A stretch of 63,779 nt of DNA, counting the filler, from Cercozoa sp. M6MM (Eukaryota > Protista > Endomyxa: Ascetosporea), in NCBI GenBank assembly GCA_040357565.1. It is 9 parts of 9 records of this genome, joined end to end, with 100 filler letters (N's around TTAATTAATTAA, not from the genome) between each part and the next. Parts side by side here need not be neighbours in the genome. Positions count along the whole stretch, not along the records: positions 20,302 to 39,620 come from JBDODJ010000212.1; positions 39,721 to 42,860 come from JBDODJ010001593.1; positions 42,961 to 45,359 come from JBDODJ010001775.1; positions 45,460 to 52,903 come from JBDODJ010000627.1; 5 more parts are not named here. One strand, 5' to 3'. This document shows, piece by piece, positions 33,701 to 46,327 of this stretch; positions within the stretch are counted from its first letter, which is position 1; each line of letters starts with the position of its first letter. Below the pieces are notes generated by a model, which saw only the letters and a program-made list of their open reading frames with translations, searched no databases and was not told the DNA's origin. A program made the position numbers and the translations under genes.

Positions 33701-34273
33701 GCGAGTCGCCGTTGGAGCGTGCTGAAGGTACGACTGACTTATGGCGTCCAACCCCTTTACTTCCTACCCTCTTTACCTACCCCTTTACTTACCCCCTATG
33801 CCCTCTACCCCTATACCCCTTCCCCGTAGCGGCACTGCACACGAAGCGCACCGACATGGCCCAGATGCCTCTGGACGACACCACGATGTCTGACGACGAC
33901 AGCACGCAAGACGATGGTCCCGGCGCAATTGGCGCCGCTGGTCAGCGCGGCAGCAAGCGCACACGCGAGGCGCGTGTATTGAGTCACGAGCGACTGCGAC
34001 ACAGTGTGCAGGCCGAAGGCAGCGACAGTGAGGACGAGGATGTCATGTCGCCGATCGAGATGACGCCCCTGCCGTCGCAGCCACACGATGCGAACACTGC
34101 GACGGTGCTGCCGCAAGATGTGCCCACACGTGTCCGAGCAAACACGGAGGCTATGGCTCCGGCCCCGCCAGAGCTGTCGCCTGGCCTCAGGTGTCAGCCT
34201 AGTCCCAGTCCGCCCCACCTACCGCTCGTACCATAGCACGACTCCAGTCACGTCATTTGGTTGGCAAAGTTAG
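23739..34273 (+). CDS. Giant surface receptor-like protein: signal peptide, IPT/TIG-like and Cys-rich (GCC2/GCC3, ephrin-receptor-like) repeats, multi-pass C-terminal TM domain
   Basis: N-terminal MVGGLLTLLLALVSVVA; repeats CVPCPAG, CQACAPGTVQPNIGQS, CVPGRFQSTYGQTECVACPA; NPLCGQCLP; TM region KIFTYFIQMALL, YPALRCDD, YGIFVENYRCEVFYYESVVFMRRLLLV, ILLMPYWRFFDN. May contain more than one gene 5' of ~28000. Confidence 0.7.
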
Positions 34274-34644
34274 TCTTGTTGTAATTTATTCGATCTCCCT
34301 CACCGCGCTCAAGCTGAGTTAATGTGGCGTGAGTACTCAAGCACGCGCGGTTCAAGCCAGCCGCCGAGCACGATATGACGACAACAAGTCGCACCTTCGT
34401 GTCCGCCATTGAGTCGGCGAGCTAGTTTGCCGGCTAAAAAATCTCCGACCCCAACGACTACAGTAGCCACCCAGCGCTTTGCTGTTTAAATTAGAACCAT
34501 CAATCAATCAATTCATCCATTCGATTTCAACAACAAATCCGTTTGCATCAACTTGATTCCGCCCAACTCGCTCTAGTCGCTCCAGGCCACATCTCAGTCA
34601 CGCATGCACCAGTTGGCGCCTGTTTAGCCCTGTGAAATCTCTAA

Positions 34645-37600
34645 ATGATTCCACATGAAGTAGTCGACGCGCTAATATCGGGCTTCCCATCGCGCGCGCG
34701 AAATGGACAGAGCAATTTGTCTGTGACCGACTCCAAAGCCGCATGGTAAGCTGGCTTTGCGCTGGGAACCTTTGTGGAAAGTTGTTGTGACTGCAGGTGG
34801 GCCAATCATCTGACGGAAACACGTCGCGCTAAACGCATCTCTGCGCACATCATTGATGCAGAGAAAGCTCTCGACACTTTGTTCAAAGGTGTGATCAAGT
34901 GCCTGGTTCACGCTGCGTGCTTTGCATTTGATGTCTTGTCAGGCAGCTTTCTGGGAGACGAGCCAGATGATGTGGCAGTGCGACTTGTCGAATTGACGTG
35001 CATTCTCGGACGTGTGGATCTTTCGTCAGGTTCATACGATTCCAGTCATCTTCTCGTGCGTATCATGCAGCAAGCTTCACTCACTTTCAACGCAAAGAGC
35101 GGTCCAAACCAAAAACTCATCGAAGAAGTGCGCACGCGTCGAGAAACGTTTGAAGCCGCCCCTTCCACTCAATCGGCCTGGAGATTATTGTGCTGGAGCA
35201 TCGTCGCTTGCCGCCGTGGCTTTGGATTGGACCAAGAACTGTTCACTCGAGTTGCTTCTCATTTCTTGTCATCGTATGACACACCTTCAAAGGTATATAT
35301 ATATATAATAATGATACCTTTGGTTTGATTCTTGTATTTGAATCTTCGCAGCTGCAACGGTTTGTTCCCATGCTGGTCGTGCTCGGCATGCCGTTTTTCG
35401 AGGAAATGCCTTCGCATTTCTATTTTGCCAAAAAAGAGTTGTGGGATTCGCCGTGTATGACTGAACTTCAAGAGGCGTGCTGGTATGCTGTTGCTGAAGC
35501 GTGTGCACTCCAGTTGCCACCCAAAAACCATGTGCTCGATTTCGTCGCGCTTTACAGAGGTACTTTCTTCGTTCCACTGGGTCGTAGCTTATGCTTTGAG
35601 AATTGTAGGCACGATGAACCGCCTTCTGCACAAACACAGATTGGTTTTGTCTGATGAAACAATGACTGAACCTGCAACGGTGTGTTTGTTCAGTTGGTTT
35701 GTTTTGAGGTGCACTCTAAGCAAGATTGTGTATGCAGGAGAGTGAGCGATTGCACGCGCGTGCTCCCATCTACGCTAAAGTTTACACTGGTGTCTTGCAC
35801 ACTTGTTTGGCCCACGAGAAAAACTCCGAGCTTCTTTTCATGTTGGAACAGATGCCAGTGTTCCACACGTTGCTCTCTTTGCTCGTCAACCCGCGGTATT
35901 TTGAGGCAAACAAACCTACTTCCAACAGGACCGCTTGTTTAATTTGTTGCTATGTGCAGTTGCGACTGCATCGAGGGTTCGCGACTGTGGCACTACCAAC
36001 AAGCGTTTGCACCGCTGGCCCCGTTGCTGCAGAAAGTGGATGAGGTTCACCCGGTGACGAAGCACCACTGGCAGCGGATTCGCCGTGTTGTTGCTTTTGT
36101 CAAGTATGCGCATGATCAAAAGGTCGCTGTGCACACTTTGTTGGTGCAGCTAGTGTTATATCGTGTTGGGGTGCAGACCCTGGATGACACGATGACTGTG
36201 ATTTTGATGGCTCACCTCACTTCAAGGGAGGACTTTCACTGGACAGCTCTTCCGAAGCTGCCGTATGCATCGAGTCACATCAAAACCATTGCACGTGTCG
36301 TTGTTCTCGCTTATGCGAGGTGTCTATATTTTTCTCCTTTTTGTTGTCCTATTTCTTTTAAACTTACGTTTGGACACCCTAGACGATTCGTTACCGAGTG
36401 CTTCATGGAACGGCCCAACGTTTCTAATATTGCCTTGGTAAAGAGCTCTCTGTCGATGCCAGTGTCTTGAGTTGTGTTTCTTGCTTATTTTGCAGCTGAC
36501 GGACTTGTTGCGCTGCGGCACGGACACGCCGTATCTCATTCGGACACTGGACAATCAGATCGTTGCGTGTTGCGACGTATCCATTCCTTATTTATTCGAT
36601 CTGCAAGTATAGTGTTTGCTGTTGTTAGGGCACTTTAACGATTTTTCGCTTGGAACACCTGCTGTACTATAGCTAATAAAATCAATCTTTGCTGTGTTTT
36701 TACGTTTGTGCGAGTCCAGAAGTGGCCGGATCTGGTGGACGATGCGCTGCGAAAGCAGCTCGAGAAGTTGTTGCAGCACTCGGAAGAGAAGAAACGTGCC
36801 TGGCACCATCTGTCGTTGAGTGCCTGGTTGCAGAGTGAAAAAGCACTGCTCACGTGTCCGTTCAAGTACTACCGCGCCATGTGGGTGCGTCACATGCCAG
36901 TGCTCTGCGGTGTCGATCCGAACGACGAAAGCGCACGCATCAGCTCCGATCCCGAGAGTGTCTACACCGAACTGAGCGAACGGTCATGTGACGTAGGCTC
37001 CGCAGTGTCACGTGCGCTGATCAAACGCATCGTTTTTGAGGTGCACACTCGTTGTTTCTATCGGTCTTTTTTTTTGAATCTTTTCCAAGGGTGCTGTTCT
37101 CAGGGAGCACCCGTAGATACAAACTGGTGCCGCGAGCTCGCGCAGCACGTGACTACGCGCCTGGAAACCTCGCGTGAACTCTTCCGTGCCACTACCTTTC
37201 TCGGCAGCAAGCGTCTGCGCAGTATGCACCCTTGGCATCGATCGAAACTCGCCGTAAGCGCTGTTTTTCATATTGTGTTGGGGTGTTATAGAGTGTTTTT
37301 GCTTTGACAAAGACGCTTCTGGGCAACCTGAAGCTTCGGTCCTTGCTTGCAACGCCAATGAATCTAAACAAAAGTACGCGTCCCTGGGCGTTCTGCAGTC
37401 TTCAACACGCTGTGCGATGTGGAATTGATGAGCCAAAGCTAAACTTGGTACCACTTGGGCAGCTTATAAGTTTACATCGCCGGACTTGAAGAGAGCTTTT
37501 TTACAGGTCCTTGGTGCCATGTCGGAGCGAAAGCTTGATAAAATTGTGCTTCCAGAGAGTCCCTCTTCGACTTTGTTTTTGCAAATGCCGTCGCCTTTGT

Positions 37601-39405
37601 TGCTTCTGACGAGATGGATGTCCAAACACTTCCTCGCGGAAGGTCCCTTTTTCTTGCACACTTCACACACATAAACCGACTGTATTGTTGACTTCTGTAG
37701 TCGCTTTTTTCTTGGCGTGGTGTCACTTTCATCGTGGAGTGTCGCTCCACTTACTTGACTCTATTGCTGACGAATCCGACGTCGATCGATTTGTCGACTC
37801 CTGTTTGTAAGTCTCGCTTTCTCGTTCGTGGTTATTCTATGAAACTGAAGGTGCTGTGCAGGAGACGTTTCAAGCAACTGGGATTCCCGAAACCGAAGGA
37901 CGCACCGAGAGCACCGCCGCTTGTGGGTGGCGTCGCCATTCCGCAGCATCTAGCCTTGATGTCGTTCCTGTGCCACGTTATGTCTGTCAAGAGCAGCTCG
38001 GTACTGGTTTAATAATTAACGTGCATGCACAGACTCATTGTGTGTGTTTTTTTAAATGTGCCAGAGTATACGCTTGATGTGGATGAAACTGTGCAATCTG
38101 ACGCTGCCTGATGGACTGGCGCTACAACTAGCATTTTGTGCGCACAATTTGTTGCAGTGTGAGAATCTGCGAGCAGTCTTGCCATTTCACGGTCTACCGT
38201 CTCCCAAGGCGCTGCAAGGTACTCGGGCTCTCTCTGCCATGTGCGTGTATTGTGTGCACTGGAACAGAAGCGTTGCCGTTTCTGGAGAAACGCTTGCCAA
38301 CCTTTCTTCTCCTCCCTTTTGTTGGTCTAAATGAGAACTCGCTGCTGGTCGTGGCAGTTGTGAGAGCTTTGCAGGGCGACTTTAAGAAGATAGACATCTC
38401 CGTATGTTCAAGATGTGAAGGTATGCTCAATGTGCGTTATCCATATTCTTCGAACTACAGCGACTCACGAGAGAGGCGCGTGAGCTTCCGGAGAGGTTGA
38501 AACGCATGCATCCGTTGTGCGCACTGGCGTGTGCGCGCATTGCGCACTTCCATGCCTCTACGGCCAAGACGATGATTGGGCTAACCTGGGCACTTTTTGA
38601 GGCACAAGGCTATCCGGCGCACTTCTTGCTAAAACTTTCACAGGTATTTTTCCTGACTGGAATAACAGAAAGAGTGTACTGTTACGTGAGTCTACGTGTG
38701 CATCAGATTGTAATGCGTATCGAGGTCATGATGGCCAAAGTGTGCCAGGCGTGCGAGAAAGTTCGCTCGCGCATGCAGCAGCGACTGTCGCAGGCACAAC
38801 ATACTGCCAGTGAGCTCGAAAGCGACGTCGAAACTGGCAGCGAAAGTGATAGCAGCAGTGAGAGCAGTGAAAGTGACAGCAGTGAAAGTGACAGCAGTGA
38901 AAGTGACAGCAGTGAAAGTGACAGCAGTGATAGCAGCAGTGAAAGTGACAGCAGTGATAGCAGCAGTGAAAGTGACAGTGATGATGAAACTGGTAGCAGT
39001 GACGATGAAAGCGATCATAGTGAAGACAGCGATCATGCCATTGTGTCTGAGGCCTCGTCCTCTGCCAGCGACAACAACATCGACAGCGACAGCGATATTG
39101 GGATGATTGAAGATGGTCTCTTGGACTTGGACGACGCGAACAAGATCGACACAACCTGTGCCATCTGTATTGAGGATGAGTGCGTCGACCCTGTAACACT
39201 TGTCGCCTGCTCGCATGTAGGCTTGCTTCACCCCATCCCTCTGTCTGTTTTATGTGTGTCTGTGCGTGTGTCGTTTCAGGTGTATTGCCGCTCGTGTATC
39301 ACGGAGTGGGCCGTGCGAAAACCGTCGTGTCCCTACTGCGACGCGTCGCTGACTGACGGTGCGCGCGACGCCGCCGGCTCTTTCGTGCATTTCGCTGGTC
39401 CGTAA
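34645..39405 (+). CDS. Large helical protein with Ser/Asp/Glu-rich tract and C-terminal C3HC4 RING finger (putative E3 ligase)
   Basis: C-terminal CAICIEDECVDPVTLVACSH|VYCRSCITEWAVRKPSCPYC. Upstream same-strand exons joined by short GT-AG introns. Start is approximate. Confidence 0.75.
38845..38982 (+). repeat. Coding tandem repeat (AGTGAAAGTGACAGC) encoding SESDS
   Basis: 15-nt unit with 9-nt variants inside ORF 38497-39405. Confidence 0.9.
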
Positions 39406-40000
39406 CGACTCGTTCGCGCTGACGTGAGCGGGGAGGTCTCACGCGACGTCAGTTTGAATTACGTAGATTTAGTACGTTAGTTAGTTATAGCGTACGAGTC
39501 AGTTTTACGCTGCTCGTTTGCTGTAACACTGTTACTGCGGCTCAATGGCCCAATCAGTAAGGGAAAGGAGAGACCCTACTGGGTCTCGTAGTGATCCCAC
39601 TGGATCTCGACCGAAGGCAGNNNNNNNNNNNNNNNNNNNNNNNNNNNNNNNNNNNNNNNNNNNNTTAATTAATTAANNNNNNNNNNNNNNNNNNNNNNNN
39701 NNNNNNNNNNNNNNNNNNNNTATATATATATATATATATATTTATCGTATCATCAGGTGGCCGAAGGCGTAGTGCGCAAGCCGCTGCACAACGTGCGAGT
39801 GGCCATGCGCTTCCGCGATACCGAAACTGCATGAACTACTGGGCGATAAATGTACTACCAAGACAACGAAATGTGACAACACAACTACAGTAAGTCACGG
39901 CCGCGCCGTTGCAACTCGCCCAGCTGTACGATAGAATGTGACCGTGACCACGAAAAAACTAATCGCAACCGAGGGTGCCAGTGCGTGCCGGCAAGCGTGT

Positions 40001-42750
40001 TTACTTGATGCGGCTTTTGAGATAGTTGCACTCGGTTTCGAGCTCAATGACTCTGTTTTCAGTGTCGCGCAGCTCGAGCGTTGATTCTTGCAGCCTGTCA
40101 TAGATTCGTTCGATTCGCTTGCGGATGGTCTCCGCCTCTTCTTCGGAACGTTCGAGCATTTTCTGGACCTTGGCCAACTTAGCGGCGGGGTCGGTTTTCG
40201 AGTCAATCCGGTGCTTGTCGTCTTTCACGCGCACCTTCACCGCCTCGACTGAAGAGGCCACTCGCGACGACGATCTGAAGACAGAGACACATGCTTTAAT
40301 TCACAAAGACAGGCTCAGGTACTACTATTGCAAATCAGTCTTACTTTGACGACGTGCGATAGGCCGAAACGACAGATGTTCCTGCGAGGCCGCCTTTAGA
40401 CCCAATTCCGAAAATGCCGAGAATGACGCGAACGCAAATGATCGATGTCTGTAAAAACAAACAACATTCATGACAGATTGTCGAAACAAAAAGCAACTTG
40501 CCATGCAGAAGTTCATCAGGATGGCTGTTACGCCAAGGTAGGTAGACAGTCCCTGTCGCAACTGTGCCCACTTGTGCGCGTCATCGGCTTCGAAGGTGCC
40601 AGTCCGGGTCTCAGCGACCAAGTGTTCCAGAAGCATTGCTTCCATCACTGCGACAATCGGGATCGTCAGCAAACACAAAATCGCAGTTGCGCCCAGGGTT
40701 TTCGCAACGTTGAATCGGTGTGGCACTTCGCATGGGGGCACACGAAAAAAGGGTACAATGGAGGACATTGGTGTAACCACCGGGACAACTTCGACTGGAG
40801 GTACAGTAAATTTTACCATGACGACAGCGTATGGCCAAGCGGAGTGCAAACAGCGACACACATACTGGCGCAATCAGCTGGAGCATGAATATGGTAGGAA
40901 GAGCGAGACTGTGGTTTGACCCCTGACACTTGTGCGAAAACGTGGACTTGTGGTGCATGGGCAAAGCGGCTTTCACGATGACGGCATACACCGTACAGAG
41001 CACGGAGATGGCCACGGTGTAAGCGAGCAGTCGAGGAGGGTTTAGCTTCACTTTCTTCAGTTTCTTGGCGTTGTAGATCTTGTCTGTGAAGGATTTCGGT
41101 ACGATAAAAAACAACATAAAATAAATTTACTCATTTAATTGGAAACATTGTACCTAGTTGGTACAGCTTCATTGTGGCTGCTGCGATGGCCATACTTAGC
41201 CCGGTCGCAGCAATGGTGTTAGCGGTTCCGCATGCGACGTCCTTTTGGGTTTTTATGATGCCAAACAAACCCACAGACTACGTTTCCAGATCAAGAAGTA
41301 GCCCTTGGTGTCATACAGTGAACGTACAAGAGTCCAATGTTGCTGTAGTGCAGCAGCCACGGTTGTCCAGAGAAAACGAGTCCTAAAAGGTAAATTACGC
41401 AATTGGTTTGCAGTTGCCAACTGACAGCTTGGACAAGACAAAATAGTACGGTTGTTGCGCAGCACCACAATCAGAACGGATGAAACCGCGCACAACGAAA
41501 CGGCAACGATTGAAACTATCCGCATGTCCCGCTTTCGAGCTGGCCAAATCGCAAATGGGTTCGGGCAGATCGGCTGGGGGTATCCTGCTGGCAGTTGGAT
41601 GTTTATACCGACAGTTTCAGTCCATATACCATGTTAAGTTTCGGTGAGTACCAAAATCGGAGCACCGAAGGCACTCCTTGGCACCGGTTTCATTGGCAAA
41701 CCGCGTCAAAGGAATTCCCTCTTCATCGTAGACAATCTCGTCATCTGGTGACGAGCAAGTCTCACACAAGTCCATTGACACAACACCAGAAGCCGAGTTC
41801 AGCGGACACAGCGCACACCCTAAGTGCCCGAAGTCAGGACTAAATTCATAGATCGGTACCAGTTGAAGGTAAAATTTATACCTCGACCTCGAGGCTCGCT
41901 TCCTTTTGGACAGGTTGGTGTCTGAACTCCACAAGTCGACCATTCGAACGTATATTCGTCGTCTTGAACCCATTGAGCCGTCGTTTCGTTCCCGTCATTC
42001 ACAGCGGCCGGGATTTGGAACCACAGTTTTCTACAGTAAATTTATAGTGTGCCACGCGGTGTAAGTACAAATCAAAGTTGAGAAAGAGACACTGTTAGGT
42101 AGGCACCAATACCTGCACCCTTGAGTGCAGGCGCAGCCCAGCTTGTCATTGATGCAGCTATTGTCACCGAACGGACCCTGACGATAGTTCTAAACACACA
42201 GGCACTTCATGATTCACCTTGAACTCCAGTTTAAAAGGGAATTTAACCTCGATTTGGACTATCCCATGGTCATCTGTTTCATAGATCGATTGATAATAAA
42301 TTTAAATCTTCCCACTTTATATGCGCCAGCGGAGGTGTTCACTGTAGAGTAGAGAACTTACACACAGCATCGAGGAAATCGTTTCTGCTAGGGACTTTCC
42401 CGTCGGTGTCGTCCAGAAAGGTAACAACCTCGCTGAAATAGCATTGGGCTTCTCGAGGCAAGCAGTTAAAAGAAGACGACGGGGTATCAATACCTTATGA
42501 ATTGAGCCGCCAGCCACTGCCAGAGGATCGACATTATGAGGAAAGGTCATCATCACGGAAGTGAAGGGAAGGTGTACCATGTCAAAAACGAGCTGAATCA
42601 ATGGAACGCCACCCCTAATGCGCTCGATCGTATTTTGTTTTCACAGAGACTCATTGAATTTGGTGCGATAAACTTAAGTTTTACGCTGTGGCCTGCTGTG
42701 CAAAACGCGTATACACAGCACCTGCTTGACTGTTTTCTGGGCTATAGCTG
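40001..42750 (-). CDS. Class C (7tm_3, GABA-B-like) GPCR with Cys-rich ectodomain and C-terminal coiled coil; 5' truncated
   Basis: TM1 IVSIVAVSLCAVSSVLIVVLRNNRLVFSGQP; TM3/ICL2 MKLYQLDKIYNAKKLKKVKL; ICL3 VPHRFNVAKTLG; ectodomain CALCPLNS..CETC..CLRC; tail LAKVQKMLERSEEEAETIRKRIERIYDRLQESTLEL. Confidence 0.75.
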
Positions 42751-42781
42751 ACCTAATGTTGCGTCGCACAAACAACCGCAG

Positions 42782-42852
<71 letters not shown>

Positions 42853-43021
42853 CACACACANNNNNNNNNNNNNNNNNNNNNNNNNNNNNNNNNNNNNNNN
42901 NNNNTTAATTAATTAANNNNNNNNNNNNNNNNNNNNNNNNNNNNNNNNNNNNNNNNNNNNCGTATCCCCTTACTCATACCCCCTTACCTCTTACCCCCTA
43001 TCCTTACTTTACCTTCCCCAG

Positions 43022-43504
43022 GGTGCACAAGCCCGTGCGCAGCCATTGTGGCGAGACGAGCCGCCGCGTCGTGCCTTTGACGTGACGAGCGACTACGTGC
43101 CGCGCAACCCGTGCCACACACCCTCGTGCTTCCCTCGCGAGCCGGTACAGCCTTTACCCTACCCCTCCGATATCCCACCTTACCCCCCCCCCCCCGAGCA
43201 GTCACCAGTGTTCCGAAATCCCGCCTTGTACGACCGTCTCGAGACGGACACGCTCTTTTTCGCATTCTACTTCCAACAAGGCACGTACGCGCAGTACCTG
43301 GCAGCCAGGTCGCTCAAGAACATGCATCAGTGGCGGTACCACCAGCGGTATCTCACGTGGTTCCAACGGCACGACGAACCCGCCATCACCACCGACGAGT
43401 ACGAGCGCGGTGACTACATCTACTTTGACTACGACAGCAACTGGTGCCAGTTCGTGCGGAAGAACTTCACCTTCGAGTACAGCTACCTCGAGGACGACGT
43501 CTAA
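43022..43504 (+). CDS. CNOT3: CCR4-NOT subunit 3 (NOT2/3/5 NOT-box), 3' part only
   Basis: YVPRNPCHTPSCFP..LETDTLFFAFYFQQGTYAQYLAARSLK..WRYHQRYLTWFQRHDEP..YERGDYIYFDY..FTFEYSYLED*. Confidence 0.95.
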   Translation, partial: GAQARAQPLWRDEPPRRAFDVTSDYVPRNPCHTPSCFPREPVQPLPYPSDIPPYPPPPEQSPVFRNPALYDRLETDTLFFAFYFQQGTYAQYLAARSLKNMHQWRYHQRYLTWFQRHDEPAITTDEYERGDYIYFDYDSNWCQFVRKNFTFEYSYLEDDV

Positions 43505-43889
43505 CTGCGGCGACGTTTCGTTTTGCTTTCAGTTTTCTCAACGCAAGTTTGGTAGAATAAACACTGCAGAATTTCAGTCTCGTCTGCGGTTGTCTAAACT
43601 GTCACACTGGAACGAAAACTGCTAGTCACTGTTTCCGTCTGTTGAGTGTAACATCGCGTCGATAATTAGTTCAGTTAACGTAAATACGGTAGGTTGGGTT
43701 AATTGTCGCGTCATGTCGGTCAGTGGGGAGGTCAGTCTGTACAGATATCCGCGCGTAGCATATTGCCGGTGACCCATGCTCTAATTGCTGCCTCTCAAAT
43801 GAGACGAGGTTAAAATTGCACAGCCCATTCGCAGGAGCTAAGTATACGTGCAGCAAAGCTGTAAGTTCATTGTGCACCTCTGAACGACA

Positions 43890-45239
43890 ATGCTTGGCGC
43901 AGCGTCGGTCGCTTTTTTTTCAAGCATCAGGCGTTCGGCTCCTCGAAGGTCGAAAAAGAAGTACGCGAGGTACGCGACTAAACGCCTCGTTTCCACATTT
44001 CTCTTCAGAATCCAACGTATTGGCATTGTGAAACTTGTTTACAGAACTGTCATGGCAATGGTACGAAGGTGCGTTCCTTATATCACAAAACTCATCTCAA
44101 TCACTTTGTGTACGGCAGGCCAAGCTGCGTTCGAGAGGACAGCAAGTGGAACAAAATTCGGGAGGCAATTTGGGTCGGAGTGATGCTGCGACAGATTAGA
44201 AAGGATATCCAGCTGTACGGCTCACAAGTCCTTCTTTCTGACCATCGCGACGTGAGACAAATTAAACCCCCAAAGTTAGATGACCCATTAAAATCGTTTG
44301 TGGCACAGGTTCGAGAAGCGCTGCAAACGAGAGTAAACATGTGCAACAGAGAACGAGAGAAGGTTAAAATGAAGGAGCACAAGGTTTGGAAACCGCGCGA
44401 AGTTGCAATTGATCGTCTCGTTGAGTATGGTCGAAGTATCCTGGGCTCCGATATTGGGAAGACCAGGCGCAGACTTATTCACCTGAGAGGGTTTTATGAA
44501 TTTCTCATCTTCACTTCGGCGGTCTACTTCTTCTTCGTGCTTCCAATACGCATTGGCTTCTTTGACGACCATTATGACGCTCTTGACTTCACGCTCAACT
44601 CTATCTTTCTCATCGACATCATCTTAGGAGTAGCAGGCAGAAACATTCCACTCTTGTTCCAGTCTTCCCTGGGATTAAATCCGCGTGGGTCGCGCTCTCT
44701 TTACCTGCGAAACCACTTCGTAGCGGACGTTCTCAGCGTGTTCCCGTGGTTTCTTTTGTCGAGATCCGACAATCGCTCTGTCGAAGTCTTTGCCCGCTGC
44801 ATGCGCTGGATCGTTGTCTTCGCTCACGCTTGGAGAATGGCGCTTGCTTTGAAGATTCTCAGGATTGAGCATCCGTGGGTGAACAAAAGTTTTCGAAGAA
44901 GCATTAATCCTCTCCAGAAGCGCTTCATGAAACTTGTGTGTCAAGCCGTCGTCTTTTGCCATGTTATGGTAGCATCACCGCAAACCATTGTTGATGTGCA
45001 TTATTGCTGCTCAGCAGGCGTGCATGTGGAGCTTTCTTTTCTACATCCAAGTTCCGGACGAAAACAATTGGATGAAGGCTTTCCCGCTAAGCCCGACAAT
45101 CATGGACAGATTTGGTATCGCTAAATACCAGTAAACTTACAATTAATAATGCCGTATTGTCGGTCGGCTATGAATGACAACTTGGACAGGAGCGCATTAC
45201 GTCCTGTCAGTGTACTGGTTTGTGACGACATTTGCAACT
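43890..45239 (+). CDS. 6TM cation channel (KCNH/CNG/HCN-like K+ channel superfamily), truncated at the pore
   Basis: S1 FFVLPIRIGFFD, S2 DFTLNSIFLIDIIL, S3 YLRNHFVADVLSVFPW, S5 VVFCHVMA, pore helix YVLSVYWFVTTFAT, then intron and contig end. Confidence 0.8.
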
Positions 45240-45253
45240 GTATCCGTGCATTC

Positions 45254-45341
<88 letters not shown>

Positions 45342-45466
45342 ACACACACACACATACACNNNNNNNNNNNNNNNNNNNNNNNNNNNNNNNNNNNNNNNNN
45401 NNNTTAATTAATTAANNNNNNNNNNNNNNNNNNNNNNNNNNNNNNNNNNNNNNNNNNNNAAAGCTA

Positions 45467-45949
45467 CCCGCCACGTGCCAACTCGGGATTGGCCGCCACG
45501 CGCTGTTGCTCCTTCGCCACGATCGTCGGCGTCGATGCTCCGAACGACAACTGCCCAGGCGGCAAGGGTACGGGGGTAACAGGGCAAAGATAACAGGGAC
45601 TGCGAGAATAAGTACAGGCGCAGAGAAGTCCATCTCGTCGTCCTCTTCGTCCTTGCCACTGGCCTACACAAACACCCAGGTGACCTCTGACTGACTGGAA
45701 TGCACACACACTGAATGCGCACACACTTACAGCAGCCAAGGCGGCCAGTTCGCGTGCCTTCTGTTCCTCCTGCTTGCGTGCTTCGGCCTGTTCACAGCAC
45801 AGACAACACTCGGACGGACCAGCAGACCGACAGACGGAGCGAAAGCTCTCTCTCACCTTGGCACGCTCGAGCGCCGCCTTCTGCTCGCTGTCGTCGAACT
45901 GCGCCAGGTCGCCCATCGTTGGCGCCTGTGTGTTCCACGCGCCTCCCAT
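45467..45949 (-). CDS. Hypothetical protein, 5' exons only
   Basis: Four in-frame exons joined by GT-AG introns: MGGAWNTQAPTMGDLAQFDDSEQKAALERAK|AEARKQEEQKARELAALAA|ASGKDEEDDEMDFSAP|LSFG... Confidence 0.6.
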
Positions 45950-46327
45950 TCCAACAGGACAATCGCGTCTCTTATACTAGCTCTAATGTACCGAAAGACG
46001 CGGTCCCAGCGCCGGTCCGCGACGCTCGCCGCCAGCACGGTCTGCGAAAACAAGCGACTTGTGTGGCACAAGAATTCGATTGCAAAATTTCACACGCTAT
46101 GAAAGCAACACGTACTGCGATGTCCTCCCCGCCTCATAATGCTGCACACACTAACGTGCGAACTCCAGGACAGTCAGGGGTTCTATTTACTGCAAGTTTC
46201 TTTTTTCTCTCATTTTGTTGGCCAACGAAACCATCTTTCGTTTTGTTGTTTTTCAGGATCTTCTTGGTTGTCTGAGCGCTGCATTCCCGGTTAGATGCAG
46301 TGAATATTGATAACTTCGTTGCAGTCT

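Noticed and set aside
38692-39231. Cys/His-rich (CCHFH)n metallothionein-like ORF and (TAVTF)n ORF on the minus strand
   Set aside because: Shadow frames of the SESDS repeat in the plus-strand RING gene.
39419-39452. SECIS element after the RING gene
   Set aside because: Stem too short, no apical AA, and no in-frame TGA identified in the exons I read.
41590-41651. Apparent TGA readthrough or CG acceptor in the GPCR ectodomain
   Set aside because: A canonical GTACTC...CTGCCAG intron restores the frame (DF|AGYPQPIC).
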